A stretch of DNA of 64,000 nt from Heterodontus francisci (lineage: Eukaryota), in contig NC_090384.1 in NCBI RefSeq assembly GCF_036365525.1, positions 55,549,895 to 55,613,894 of the forward strand. Direction: 5' to 3'. Both the position numbers and the translations under genes were made by a program. The notes beneath the pieces were generated by a model. That model was not told where the DNA came from. It ran no database searches and saw only the letters and a list, made by a program, of their open reading frames with translations. Positions 34,265 through 47,288 of the stretch are shown in pieces (the first letter of the stretch is position 1; every line of letters begins with the position of its first letter).

Positions 34265-35129
34265 CATAACATAACTGGCAGAAAAGCTGGAAAAGTGAAA
34301 TGGAGGTACTGTGCAGTTTGTGCTGCTTGCAATTCCCAGCATCTGTTGTCTGTATTTCAAAAGACATGTTATAAACTGTGTTAACTGTAGGTGTGGAGCA
34401 GAAGGCAATGCTGCTCTCTGCTGTCCCCATGCGCATCTGCCAACTTTCCCACAACTCCATGTTTGAAACTCTGCTCAAGTTTCAGCCCAAATCAAATGAA
34501 AATATTAGCATTAGCTCTTTACTCCCCACTGGGAGGACCAGATTAGTTAACTTACCTTAATGTTTATTGTAAAACGTTAATAATTTATTTATTTTGTAAC
34601 TGTTAAATTCATAAACATTCATTTAGATAATATATTTCTGCAATTTGCAGGTGAGATCATGGTGGGAATAATTATGTAATTAGAGTTGAGAAGCAGCAAA
34701 GTGACAGTTAATAATATGACAAAGAAACTGACGGTACAGAACCTGTTCCCTGGTGTTCTGCAGAACAGACAGAAGGTAAAGAAAGCATGTTTCCTACAAC
34801 ATCATAGTTTGTTCCACTTTGAATACCTTGCCACAGTATGGGCATGGGTGTGCAGCAATGAACAAGCTGAACAGCAGTCTGAGTATTTTAAAAGAAACCT
34901 CAGTCAAAGTATAAGGAAAGTTCAAGGAAACAGTTTGTGGCATGCACATGGCCCATCTATATGGTTCTTTGCTTTATCTTGGCAGATTTTATCACTTACG
35001 TTTTCCCAGGTCCTCTGATGGGAAGTTGGATTTATACTTTCTGTCACCTCCACCTACTCAGCCTGGATTGGTTACCTGTGGCGAGGATGCCTTGCAGTGG
35101 TAAACACAATAATCCTCATTTCATCCATT

Positions 35130-35413
35130 TTGTGCACTTTGGAAGTGTAGTCACTGATGTAATGTAAACAAACATGGCAGTCAACGTGCAGGCAGCAAGG
35201 TCCCACAAACAGCAATGAGATAAATAGCCAGACAAGCTGTTTATTAGTGATATTGTTTGGAGGATAAGTATTGGCCAAAGCCCAGGATATCTTCCCTTCT
35301 TCGCTTTGAGTAGTGCCATGAGAACTCCACCTGAGAGGACAGATGAGGCTTCAGTTTAAAAGACGACACCTCCGACAGTGCCAGCCTAGTTTATGTGCTA
35401 AAGACTATGGAGT
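35130..35413 (-). mobile_element. DeuSINE fragment inside the duplicated block; counterpart at about 58675-58915
   Basis: Matches the body of the 24385 SINE and is present at the same position in both copies. Confidence 0.7.
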
Positions 35414-36289
35414 GTGGCTACCTGTCTGTGGCACAGACATCCCACTGATGAATCTTCTGGAACCCTTCCATGTCCTTGAGCTCCCTGAGGAGAAGAGGAA
35501 TTCTAAAGGAATGTCCATCCTATTTGTGAGGGAGGTTACAATGAAGCCACCATTACTGTTAGGTATTTATGGAAAAGTTTAAATAATTACTGAAACTACA
35601 AAAGGACAAAAAATGTTCCCAAAATAAGTGTAGCAGAAGAAAAGCAACAAGTAAAGAAAAACAAAATAATTCCAATCTGTGAGAGATATAGCTTTGAGGT
35701 GCAGTGATGCATTTTGGGTGGCTATGCACCTGCTGTCTGTCTGCTTTTTCCAGTAAACACTGATGACCTCACAGTACCACGGAGGTTTGAGGCCTCATTT
35801 TAAATACATTTTGGAAGCTTAATGAGCTTCTTGCCCTGAAGCAATGGAAGCCAATTCCCTCCCCACCCCCCCCACCCCCCACCACGTGCTGTCCATCAGA
35901 AATCCTCAGGCAGACCTCATTATCATACTTCCACTGCAAGGCTTGTTGCTCCACAATTTCTAGCATCTGGTACATAACAGTCAAATTTCAGCCTCCCATG
36001 AATGTTAGCTATCGCCATAACTATAAATTGTTTTAAATAACTGCATGCAACTTCTATATTACTGCATTTTTTAAATCAACATTTATTTGATGTGATTTTC
36101 AGATAAAATTAGTCCATCATTTGACTTAAACATATACGGTTTGAACATATATACAGCTTAATGATTTAAAAGGGTGTCTGGTTCACATCTAAAAATCATG
36201 TACTGAAAAACATTTTGTCCAAGGGCCCTTTCAAAGTGCTTTCATGGTATTTAAAATGGTAATCCATAACTCAGCAATAAAACTGTATT

Positions 36290-37168
36290 GAACACAACAA
36301 CACAAGAATTAGGAGCAGGCGTAGGCTATTCGGCCCTTCAAGCCTGCTGTGCCATTTGTTAAGAGCATGGCTGATCTGATTGTGGCCTCAACTCCACTTT
36401 CCTGTCTGCCCACATAACCCTCAACTCCCTTGTTGATAAAAAAATCTATCTAAATCAGCCTTGAATATATTCAATGACCCAGCCTCCACTGCCCTCTGGG
36501 GAAGAGAATTCCACAGACTAACAACACTGTGAGAGAAATTTTTTTTCCTCATCTCTGTCTTAAATGGGACATCCCTAGTTTTCAAACTGTGTCCCCTAGT
36601 TCTAGACTCCACCATAAGGGGAAACTTCCTCTCAATATCCACTTTGTCAAGTCCCCTCAAAATCTTATATGTTTCAATAAGATTCACTCTCATTCTTCCA
36701 AACTCAAATGGGTATAGGTCCACCATGCTCTGCAACCTTTCCTCATAAGATAACTCCTTCATCCCAGGAATCAGTTGAATGAACATTCTCTGAACTGCTT
36801 CTAGTGCAATCATATCCTTTCTTAAGTAAGGAGACCAGAACTGTACACAATACTCCAGATGTGGTCTAAGGCCCTGAACAGTTGTTGCAACACTTCCCTA
36901 CTTTTATACTCGATTCCCTTTGTAATTAACATCAACATTCCATTTGCCTTCCTAATCACTTGCTGTACCTACATACTAACATTTTTTTGATTTCATGTAC
37001 CAGGACAACCAGTCCCTCTGCACCATAGAGTTTTGCAGTCTCTTTCCATTCAAATAATAATATACTGCTTTGCTATTCTTCCTGCCAAAGTGGACAAGTT
37101 CATAGTTTCCCACATTATACTCCATCTGCCAATTTTTTGCCTACACCAAAACCCTTTGTAGACTCTTT
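36290..37168 (-). mobile_element. CR1 LINE 3' fragment
   Basis: LEAVQRMF..IPGMKELSYEERL and LWNSLPQRAVEAGS, CR1-type tail. Confidence 0.88.
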
Positions 37169-38518
37169 TGAAATTGTAAAGTTATTTTATTATGTTCCTT
37201 AAAGGATATTACTTTCTTCTGTAATTTAATTGATCTCTTTTCAAAACAGATCAGGTTTTAAAAACAAAATCTTTCTTTCACTATGTACGAAAGTCACAAC
37301 ACTTTTCAATCATTTCACTAAACATTAACTAGCATTGGGAAGAGGCACCTTTTGCCGAAGCATTTGCAACTGAAGTTGAAAATGAGTTTTCTACAAAAAT
37401 TATAAATGGATGAACACACGCAATTGCAGAAAACAAGCACCAACAACCGTGATCTGAATGCTACATGATTAAAAAGGTTTTATTTCAGAGCTGTGTTATG
37501 GTGAGAAGTTCGATATTTTCAGAAGAAACTGCAAGATTGCAACATCTCAGCACCTCAACAGCAATTTTGAAATGTAAGAGTTCAGCTGCGACTCCTGAAC
37601 AAACTTTCAACATTCTCTTTCGATGATGCCCTAAGATTAAAGGTAGGAATGTAGTCATGGCAAAACATGTTTAAATTCCTTTTTAATATAGTACCACAAC
37701 AAATCAGGCTCTGAATTATTCTTTCCATAAGATTGTAGATTCTAGTGATTAAAAATTGTGGTTGCAGATATTGGCAATATTAAGATTCTTAAACCTTGCA
37801 TCTTAGCACAAGACTTCCAAACAGCTGGAATTATATCTAAGGAAACAGTTGGTCCCTAATATGAATATTGTAAATGGACCCCACTGGAAAAATCTACATA
37901 TTTTTCTTTACTCTTTCTTATTGGAATATATTCAAATGCACACCCCATAAAATTACTAGTTTTTATAAAATGCTGTAGTTTCCCTGGTCTGGATTGGGTT
38001 GCTGGTTAACTCATGAGCACGTAAAAGCAGCCAGTCTGTGCTGTATAAATAATGTATAATTATGACTTTAAGGAAGATCAATAGCAGAGAGCAGAAAATA
38101 AGATGATCTAACAATTCTTCTTGAGCAGGACTCAGTAGAATATCTAAAGCAAATATTTGACTAAAAGTTTCACTGCCAACCATTCAATTAGAAACAATGG
38201 TAGAATATTCTGGTTTGCCAGTCCTGGTACAGATATGTTTGATTATCCAAACATCTGCAACTCTGTTGAATCCTATTCCAACGTTTGAGGCAATGCTGCA
38301 CCAAATGATTACTGGATTTGGCTCCATTATTCCAAAGCTTCCTACTTTCCAATGTCCAGCAGCAGAAACCAGAATGCAAGAGTGTTGATTGAAGTTCATC
38401 TAATATCAGAATTTTAACATTATCTTAAAACAAAATACTATCTCTGTGTTGAGTCTGTGACTGCAGTACACCACATTTCCTCATACTCAAGTGCCTTGCT
38501 TCTGGAGTAGATCCAGTG

Positions 38519-38544
38519 TTAACTTGGATCATTAATCACTTTCT
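38519..38544 (-). CDS. Candidate terminal coding exon, (E)KVINDPS-stop, of an upstream gene; 3' UTR extends to about 37170
   Basis: Strong acceptor ttttatttatttttacAG|AG, short phase-1 frame ending in TAA, then about 1.3 kb of AT-rich sequence with AATAAA at 37479-37484 and 37186-37191 (minus). No upstream exons found in the window. Confidence 0.35.
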
Positions 38545-38703
38545 CTGTAAAAATAAATAAAATATGAATAGGTATCTTCACATTTTAGCATTAGAAAGTG
38601 TAATGGAAAGAATTGAACCTCAGCATTTGACAAATGTGGCCCATATCTAAGTGTATATTTTAACACATTTGCACCTCTGTATAATTCCATTATAAATACC
38701 TAT

Positions 38704-39110
38704 TGTTATGGAACAAAACCACTTCAGAGTCAGGAGTGAGCTGGAATCAGGAAATCTTTATTGCAAGCATGCAGGGGAAAGCCTTCAGTAGACCAAAGTC
38801 TCTCAGAAACTTTTCAGTTACAGCAGAATTATTTATACAAAAGTTTCACACAGAACTGATACAACAGGTTACTCATATGCCCATATTTTGTTATCTTACT
38901 ATTGCTTATGCACTTCTTTTTCCACATTTTACAATACAAGTTCTTCTTGGTAACTTCGCCCTCCCCAATGCTTCCATTGCACAAGCACATTTTATCTTTT
39001 ACAACAGATAAGCAGACCAAGGCGTCGTGATGGAAAAGGTACAGCAAGAGAAAAACAACTTCAGCTGTGTAAGCCTGAGTAACTCTATTAACCCCTCATT
39101 CTCCACATCA
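38704..39110 (-). mobile_element. Candidate solo LTR
   Basis: Minus strand reads TG...TATAAAT (about 38835)...AATAAA (38757-38762)...CATAACA. Flanks CCTAT / CCTCT resemble a 5-bp TSD with one mismatch. Confidence 0.4.
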
Positions 39111-39254
39111 CCTCTAACTAAAATTGTAATGAAAACTGCTTATGCAAGCATGTTACAGTGTAATTACATTCTTTTGCCATTATTGGCACTGTAGCACCTC
39201 AGTTTTGTACCTCAGTTTCTCAGTCTGTACTGCAGAAATTCCTACCATCAGCCA

Positions 39255-40334
39255 AAGTCACAGTAAAAAAGGAGGTAGTTAAGATACAGAAAGGGCTAAA
39301 AATTGATAAAGAGGAGGTACTAAAAAGGCTGGCTGTACAAGTAGATAAATCACCAGGCCTGGTTGGGGTACATCCTAGGTTGTTGATGGAAGTAAGGATG
39401 GAAATTGCAGAGATACTGGCCATAATCTTCCACTCCTCCTTAGAGGAGTAATGCCAGATGACTGAATTTCAAATATTACATGCTTGTTCAAAAAAAGGTG
39501 TAGTGAGAAATTCAGCAATGACAGGCCAGTCAGTTTAACCTTGGTAGCACAGAAGCTTTTAGAAATGATAATCAGGGACAAAATTAAGTCACTTGGACTA
39601 GTGTGGATTAATTAATGAAAGCCAGCACAGATTTGTCAAAGGCAGTCATGTTTAGCAAACTTGATCGAATTTTTGGAGGAGGTAACAGAGAGGTTAGATG
39701 ATGGCAATGTGATTGATGGGTGTATATGAACTTCCAAAAGGTATTTGATAAAGTACCATATAACAGGCTTGTCAGCAAAATTTAAACCCATGGAATAAAA
39801 GGGGCAGTGGCAGTCTGGATATAAAGTTGACTAAGTGACAAGAAACAGAGTAGTGACAACTAGTTGTTTCTTAGACTGGAGGAAGTTATACAGTGGTGTT
39901 CCCCAGTGGTCGCGGCTTTTCTTGATATATATTAATGACTTGTGCCTGGTGCATAGGGCACTATTTCAAAATTTGCAGATGACATAAAACTTAGAAGTCT
40001 AGTGAACAGTGAGGAGCGTGGTGATAGAGTTCAAGGGGCCATAGACAGGCTGGTGGAATAGGTGGACAAGTGGCCGACGAAATTTAATGCAGAGAAGTGC
40101 AAAGTGATACATTTTGGGAGGAAGAAAGAGGGAGACAATATAAACTAAAGGGTACAATCCTAAAGGGAATGCAGGAACAGAGAGATCTTGGGGTTATACG
40201 TGCACAAATCATTGAAGCTGGCAGGCTATGTTGAGAAAGCCGTTAATAAAGCATATGGGATCCTGGGTTTATAAATAGCATCATAGAGTACAAAAGCAAG
40301 GAAATTACAATGAACCTCTGTGGTTTGGCCACAA
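39255..40334 (+). mobile_element. Old CR1 RT fragment (left part; resumes at about 47289)
   Basis: DKSPG..G.HPRLL, RPVSLT and SKFADD remnants; breaks at the LVRP-equivalent TGGTTTGGCCACAA. Confidence 0.8.
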
Positions 40335-43300
40335 CATAAGAACATAAGAAATAGGAGCAGGAGTAGGCCATTCAGCCCCTCAAGCCTGCCCCACCATTCA
40401 ATAAGCTCATGGCTGATCTGTCCCAGTCCTCAACTTCTCTTTCAGGCCTGCTCTGCCTAACCCTCGACTCCCCGAGATTTCAAAAATCTGTCTACCTCCT
40501 CCTTAAATACATTTAGTGACCTAGCCTCCACAACTCTCTGAGGCAGAGAATTCCAGAGATTCATCACCCTCTGAGAGAAGAAATTCCTTCGCATCTCAAT
40601 TTTAAATGTGTGCCCCCTTATTCTGTAATTATGTCACCTAGTTTGAGATTCCCCCACTAGTGAAAACATCTTCTCAACATCTATCCTGTCGAGCCCCCTT
40701 AAAATATTATATGTTTCGATAAGATCACCTCTCATTCTTCTAAACTCTAATGAATAAAGGCCTAACCTGTTTAGCCGTTCTTGATAAGACAACCCCTTCA
40801 TCCCAGGAATCAGCCTAGTGAACCTTTTCTGAACTGCCTCCAATGCTAGTCTATCCTTCTTTAAATATGGGGACCAAAACCTGTACGCAGTACTCCAGGT
40901 GTGGCCTCACCAACACCCTGTACGGTTGTAACAGGACTTCCCTATTTTTAAACTCTAACCCCTTAGCAATAAAGGCCAAAGTTCCATTTGCCTTCCTATT
41001 TACTTGCTGCACCTGCATGCTAACCTTTTGTGTTTCATGTACAAGAACACCCAGATCCCTCTGTACTGCAGTATTTTATAGTCTTTCTCCATCTAAATAA
41101 TAATCAGCCTTTTTATTCTTCTTACCAAAGTGGATTACCTCATATTTTCCCACATTGAACACCATCTGCCAAATTTTTGCCCACTCACTTAACCTATCTA
41201 TATCCCTTTGCAGATTCTTTGTGTCCTCATCACAACATGCCTTCCCACCTATTTTTGTATCGTCAGCAAATTTAGAGACACTACACTCTGTCCCTTCCTC
41301 TAAGTCATTGATGTAGATAGTAAATAGCTGAGGCCCTAGGACCGATCCTTGTGGCACCCCACTAGTTACGGCTTTCCAACCTGAAAAAGACCCATTTATC
41401 CTGACTCTCTGCCTTCTGTGTGTTAGCCAATCCTCAATCCATGCCAACACATTACCCCCAATACCCTGAGCTCCTATTTTGTGCAATAACCTTTTATATA
41501 GCACGTTATCAAACGCCTTCTGAAAATCCAAATACACAACATCTACTGGTTCACCTTTATCCACTCTGCTTGTTATATCCTCAAAGAACTCTAACAAATT
41601 TGTCAAACATGATTTCCCTTTCGTAAAACCATGTTGACTCTGTTTGATTGCATTATGTTTTTCTAAATGTCCTGCTATTTCTTCCTTAATAATCGACTCA
41701 AGCATTTTCCCAATGACTGATGTTAATCTAACTAGTCTAAGATTTCCTGCTTTTTGTCTCCCTCCTTTCTTGAATAGAGGTGTCACATTAGCGGTTTTCC
41801 AATCCACTGGTACCCTACCGGAATCCAGTGAAATTTGGTACATTATGACCAATGCCTCCACTATCTCTGCAGCCACTTATTTTAAAACCCTTGGGTGCAG
41901 GCCATCAGGTCCTGGCGATTTATCTGCCTTTAGTCCCATCAGTTGGTCCAGCACCTTTTCCCTCGTGATAGAGATTGTTAAAAGTTCCTCCCTCCCATTT
42001 ACACCTTGTTCATGTATTATTATTGGGATGTTTATAGTGTCCTCCACCGTGAAGACTGATGCAAAATATTGGTTCAAATTATCTGCCATTTACCTGTTCC
42101 CTGTTGTTGATTCCCCAGTCTTATTCTCTAAGGGTCCCACACTTACTTTAGCTACTCTCTTCCTTTTAATATACCCATAGCAGCTCTTACTGTTTGTTTT
42201 TATGTTTCTTGCCAATTTAATCTCATAATCAATTTTCTCCCTCTTTTTTAGTTTTTTAGTCATCCGCTGTTGGTTTCTAAAAGCTTCCCAATCCTCTGGC
42301 CTACCACTCATTTTCACCGCATTGTACGCCTTTGCTTTTGATTTGATACTCTCGTTAACTTCCTTTGTTATCCACGGGTGGTTCATGGTTCTCTTCAAGT
42401 CCTTCCTTCTGACTTGAATAAATGTTTGCTGAGTGTTATGAAATATCTGCTTAAACGTCTACCACTGCTCATCCACTGACTTCCCCTGTAGTCTATCTTC
42501 CCAGCCCTCTTTAGACAACTCTTTCTTCATACCTCTGTAATTGCTCTTGTTTAAGTTGAAGACACTGGTTTGAGACCCGAGTTGCTCACCCTCAAACTGA
42601 ATTTGAAATTCTACCATGTTATGATTGCTTCCCCCTAAAGGATCCTTAACTATGAGATCTCTTATTAATCCTATCTCATTACACAATACCAAATCAAAAA
42701 TTGCCTGTTCCCTTGTAGGTTCTGTGACATATTGCTCTAAGTAACAATCCCTGAGGCACTCTATAAATTCGTCTTCCGTGCTACCCTTGCCAATTTGATT
42801 TGTCCAGTCTATATGTGGATTAAAATCACCCATGATAATTGCAGTGCCCTTCTTACACGCCTCCATTATTTCCTGATTAATATCTTGCCCTACAGAGAGG
42901 CAACTCCTCGGGGGCCTATAGACCACTCCCACCTGTGATTTCTTTCCCTTGCTATTCCTTATTTCCACCCAAACTGATTCTATATCACAATCTGTTACAC
43001 CAAGATCATTACTCACAACTGTACTGATCCCTTCCTTTAATAGCAAAGCTACCCCACCTCCTTTACCTTTCTGCCTATTCTTCCAGAACGTCTAATATCC
43101 TTGAACATTTAGATTCCAGTCCTGGTCATCCTGCAACCACGTCTCTGTGATAGTTATCAAATCATATTCATCTATTTCTATCTGTGCCGTCAGCTCATCT
43201 ATCTTGTTACAAATGCTATGTGCATTCAGATAAAGAGCCTTAAGTTTTGATTTTTTTACCATTTTGACCTACTCTGGTTCTAATTTCTGCTGTACTCTTG

Positions 43301-44100
43301 TGCTTGTATTCTCTGTCCCTTCCTGTCACTCTCTGGTTAATGTATGTTCCTTCACTACCCTGCACCTCTGCTCTCTCATTACTATTCGACTTTTTAAACT
43401 TCCCTTCAATTGAACCCTTCCCCCCACTATTTAGTTTAAAGCCTTATCTACAACCCTAGTTATACGATTCGCCAGGACACTGGTCCCAGCATGGTTCAAG
43501 TGAAGCCCATCCCCACGGAACAGTTCTCTCTTTCCCCAGTACTGATGCCAGTGTCCCATGAATTGGAAACCATTTCTCCCACACCAATCTTTGAGCCACA
43601 CTTTTACCTCTCTAATCTTATTTACCCTGTGCCACTTAGCACGTGGCTCATGTAGTAATCCGGAGATTATTACCTTTGTGGGTCTGCTTTTTAATTTGGC
43701 CTCGAGCTGCTTGTAGTCCCTCAGCAGAACCTCTTTCCCTGTCCTACCACGACAACTGGATCTTTTCCCTCCCACTCCAAGTTCCTCTCCAACCCAGAAG
43801 AGATGTCCTTAACCTTGGCACGAGGTAGACAACACAGCCTTCGGGACTCTCTATCTTTGCTGCAGAGAACAGTATCTATTCCCTTAACTATGCTATCCCT
43901 ACTACAACTACATTTGTCTTTTCTCCCCCCACTTGAATGGCACTCTGAACCCCGGGTGCTGTGGTCATTTTGCTCATCCTCCCTGCTCAGTATTTAGGAT
44001 CACAGTATTTAAGAAAAAAAACTATTTAAGTGTACTCTTAACCTGTAATGACGTCGCCTGATTTAAATTACTTGGCCAAAACCAAAAAAAAAAGAGAAAA
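40335..44100 (-). mobile_element. Near full-length CR1 LINE (esterase ORF1, APE, RT) with stops and frameshifts
   Basis: ORF1 KVIISGLL..DGLHLN (43431-43775), APE YRPP and GDFN, RT GVPQGSVLGP and KFADD, (TTCTTATG)n tail. Confidence 0.95.
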
Positions 44101-44221
44101 GAAAAAACAACATGAGACAGGGAAGAGGGAAAGAAATACCCACCAATCGCTTCCCAGCCCTCCTGTGATGTCACATTTTGATTTTTGCTGGTCAAGCAGG
44201 TCCACAGAACAGAACAGAGCA

Positions 44222-44508
44222 CTCTCACTGTCGCTACTGCTGTTTCTGTGTCAGGCCTCGCTCTCCACCCTTTATACACCGGCTGCTCTCACCGCCGTCG
44301 CTGCTGCTTCTGTGTTGGGCCTCGCTCTCCGCCCTTTATACACCGGCTCCTCTCACCGCCACCCGCTGCTGCTTCTGTGTCGAGCCTTGGCTCTCCGCCC
44401 TTTATACACCGGCTCCTCTCACCGCCACCCGCTGCTGCTTCTGTGTCGAGCCTTGGCTCTCTGCCCTTTAGACTTCGGCTCCTCTCACTGCCACTGCTAC
44501 TGCTTCTG
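44222..44508 (-). repeat. Tandem 64-66 bp monomers (about 4.5 copies), three with TATAAA next to GGGCGG/GGGTGG
   Basis: TTTATA recurs at 44271, 44335 and 44401, with a variant at 44467. Minus-strand unit ...GAGAGGAGCCGGTGTATAAAGGGCGGAGAG... Confidence 0.85.
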
Positions 44509-44715
44509 CAGAATCGGGCCAGATCTTGTTCTTTTCCCAATGTCAGGTTCTGTGGCGGAACGGCTGGAAAATCAGAGCAGCAGCGGCACCATGGAACTCA
44601 ACGCCGGGATTGCTGGGCCCGATCATCCTGGCAGCGGGGACGCTCCATGGCGGCCTCTCCTCCACTCTGCGATGGGACCTGAGTTTACAAATTTAAATTA
44701 CATATTTACATTAAT

Positions 44716-44905
44716 TAGGTAAATTGGCCATTAAAAAAAAATTGTCACTAGTATAGGTAGGTGGTAGGGAAATATAGGGGCAGGTGGGGATGTTTGGTAG
44801 GAATATGGGATTAGTGTAGGATTAGTATAAATGGGTGGTTGAAGGTCGGCACAGACTTGGTGGGCCGAAGGGCCTGTTTCAGTGCTGTATCTCTAATCTA
44901 AAATG
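44716..44905 (+). mobile_element. 3' half of an HE1-like SINE
   Basis: GGTAAATTGGCCATT...GGGCCGAAGGGCCTGTTTCAGTGCTGTATCTCTAA. Confidence 0.75.
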
Positions 44906-45013
44906 TAATCCGCAGCGATCTTACTTTCAGTTGCCAATCTTCAGCACAGCGTGTGGCACTCACACGCCTTCACTTTCCTGTCCAGAGAAAGCTGACATCA
45001 CCGAGGTGAAGAA

Positions 45014-47085
45014 GGGGTGAACGCTGCACAATGTAGTGTCTGGGGTGGGGGGTGGGGAGGGGTCAACTCTGCTCTAAGTACTGTAATGGGGGGAAGGGGT
45101 GAACTCTGCACTATGTACTGTTTGGGAGAGGGAAAGTGTGAACTCTACACTATGTACTGTAATGGGGGGGAGGGGTGAACTCTGCACTATGTACTGTATG
45201 GGAGAGGGAAAGGGTGAACTCTGCACTATGTACTGTAATGGGGGGAAGGGGTGAACTCTGCACTATGTACTGTATGGGAGAGGGAAAGGGTGAACTCTAC
45301 ACTATGGACTGTAATGGGGGAAGGGGTGAACTCTGCACTATGTACTGTATGGGAGAGGGAAAGGGTGAACTCTACACTATGTACTGTAATGGGGGGAAGG
45401 GGTAAACTCTGCACTATGTACTGTATGGGAGAGGGAAAGGGTGAACTCTGCACTATGTACTGTAATGGGGGGAAGGGGTGAACTCTGCACTATGTACTGT
45501 ATGGGAGAGGGAAAGGGTGAACTCTGCACTATGTACTGTAATGGGGGGAAGGGGTGAACTCTGTACTATGTACTGTCTGGGAGAGGGAAAGGGTGAACTC
45601 TACACTATGTACTGTAATGGGGGAAGGGGTGAACTCTGCACTATGTACTGTATGGGAGAGGGAAAGGGTGAACACCACACTATGTACTGTAATGGGGGGA
45701 AGGGGTAAACTCTGCACTATGTACTGTATGGGACAAGGATAGGGTGAACTCTGCACTATGTACTGTAATGGGGGGAAGGGGTGAACTCTGCACTATGTAC
45801 TGTATGGGAGAGGGAAAGGGTGAACTCTACACTATGTACTGTAATGGGGGGAAGGGGTGAACTCTGCACTATGTACTGTATGGGAGAGGGAAAGGGTGAA
45901 CTCTGCACTATGTACTGTAATGGGGGGAAGGGGTGAACTCTGCACTATGTACTGTATGGGAGAGGGAAAGGGTGAACTCTACACTATGTACTGTAATGGG
46001 GGAAGGGGTGAACTCTGCACTATGTACTGTATGGGAGAGCGAAAGGGTGAACTCTGCACTATGTACTGTAATGGGGGATGGGGTGAACTCTGTACTATGT
46101 ACTGTAATGGGGAAAGGGGTAAACTCTGCACTAGGTACTGTATGGGAGAGGGAAAGGGTGAACTCTGCACTATGTACTGTAATGGGGGAAGGGGTGAACT
46201 CTGTACTATGTACTGTAATGGGGGAAGGGGTGAACTCTGTACTATGTACTGTAATGGGGGAAGGGGTGAACTCTGCACTATGTACTGTAATGGGGGAAGG
46301 GGTGAACTCTGTACTATGTACTGTAATGGGGGAAGGGGTGAACTCTGCACTAGGTACTGTAATGGGGGAAGGGGTGAACTCTGTACTATGTACTGTAATG
46401 GGGGAAGGGGTGAACTCTGCACTAGGTACTGTATGGGAGAGGGAAAGGGTGAACACTGTACTATGTACTGTAATGGGGGAAGGGGTGAACTCTGCACTAG
46501 GTACTGTAATGGGGGAAGGGGTGAACTCTGTACTATGTACTGTAATGGGGGAAGGGGTGAACTCTGCACTATGTACTGTAATGGGGGAAGGGGTGAACTC
46601 TGTACTATGTACTGTAATGGGGGAAGGGGTGAACTCTGCACTAGGTACTGTTTGGGAGAGGGAAAGGGTGAACTCTGCACTATGTACTGTAATGGGGGAA
46701 GGGGTGAACTCTGTACTATGTACTGTAATGGGGGAAGGGGTGAACTCTGCACTAGGTACTGTATGGGAGAGGGAAAGGGTGAACTCTACACTATGTACTG
46801 TAATGGGGGAAGGGGTGAACTCCACAGTATGTACTGTATGGGAGAGGGAAAGGGTGAACTCTGCACTATGTACTGTAATGGGGGAAGGGGTGAACTCTGC
46901 ACTAGGTACTGAATGGGAGAGGGAAAGGGTGAACTCTACACTATGTACTGTAATGGGGGAAGGGGTGAACTCTGCACTATGTACTGTAATGGGGGGAAGG
47001 GTTGAAGTCTGCACTATGTACTGCATGGCGGGGGGGTGGGGCGGTAAGGTAGGGGTGAAGTCTGCGTTATGGTGTACTGTTTGCA
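45014..47085. repeat. Minisatellite of about 2 kb with 36/37-bp and 39-bp unit variants
   Basis: Core GGGTGAACTCTGCACTATGTACTGTA followed by either ATG(G)GGGGAAG or TGGGAGAGGGAAA, with degenerate units at both edges. Confidence 0.97.
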
Positions 47086-47288
47086 GGGCTAGCAACTTTT
47101 AAAAAATAGTGCAAGCACCTGTTCCTGCTCCCACCCCCGCAACATGATGGGGGAGTGGCCGCTGTGCATCTGCAGTGTTCCCACCAGATGCAAGATTGCG
47201 TCAGCACAGCGGTGCGGGTCCTGTGCATGGCAGCCGCCATTTTCTGCGCTCACCGTCGGTTCTGGCAGCAGGAGCTCACGATCGATCC

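Larger units (their letters stand above)
31230..35652. repeat. Duplicated block, copy 1 (31230-31615 and 34265-35652, split by an RTE LINE)
   Basis: Collinear, visibly diverged direct match to 53682-54090 and 57905-59153. Confidence 0.9.

Noticed and set aside
38330-38390. CILVSAAGHWK as a NACHT/P-loop Walker A
   Set aside because: No GxxxxGK[ST], no Walker B, and the surrounding frames are closed.
44048-44722. 224-aa and 165-aa ORFs
   Set aside because: They are translations of the tandem monomers.
45014-47085. CRISPR-like array (constant core plus variable part)
   Set aside because: The variable parts are two recurring short variants, not unique spacers; the DNA is vertebrate and has no cas genes.
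45857-47102. Long 257-395 aa repetitive ORFs (Cys/Gly-rich or mucin-like)
   Set aside because: They result from 36- and 39-bp units that are open in several frames on both strands; no splice or start context supports a gene.
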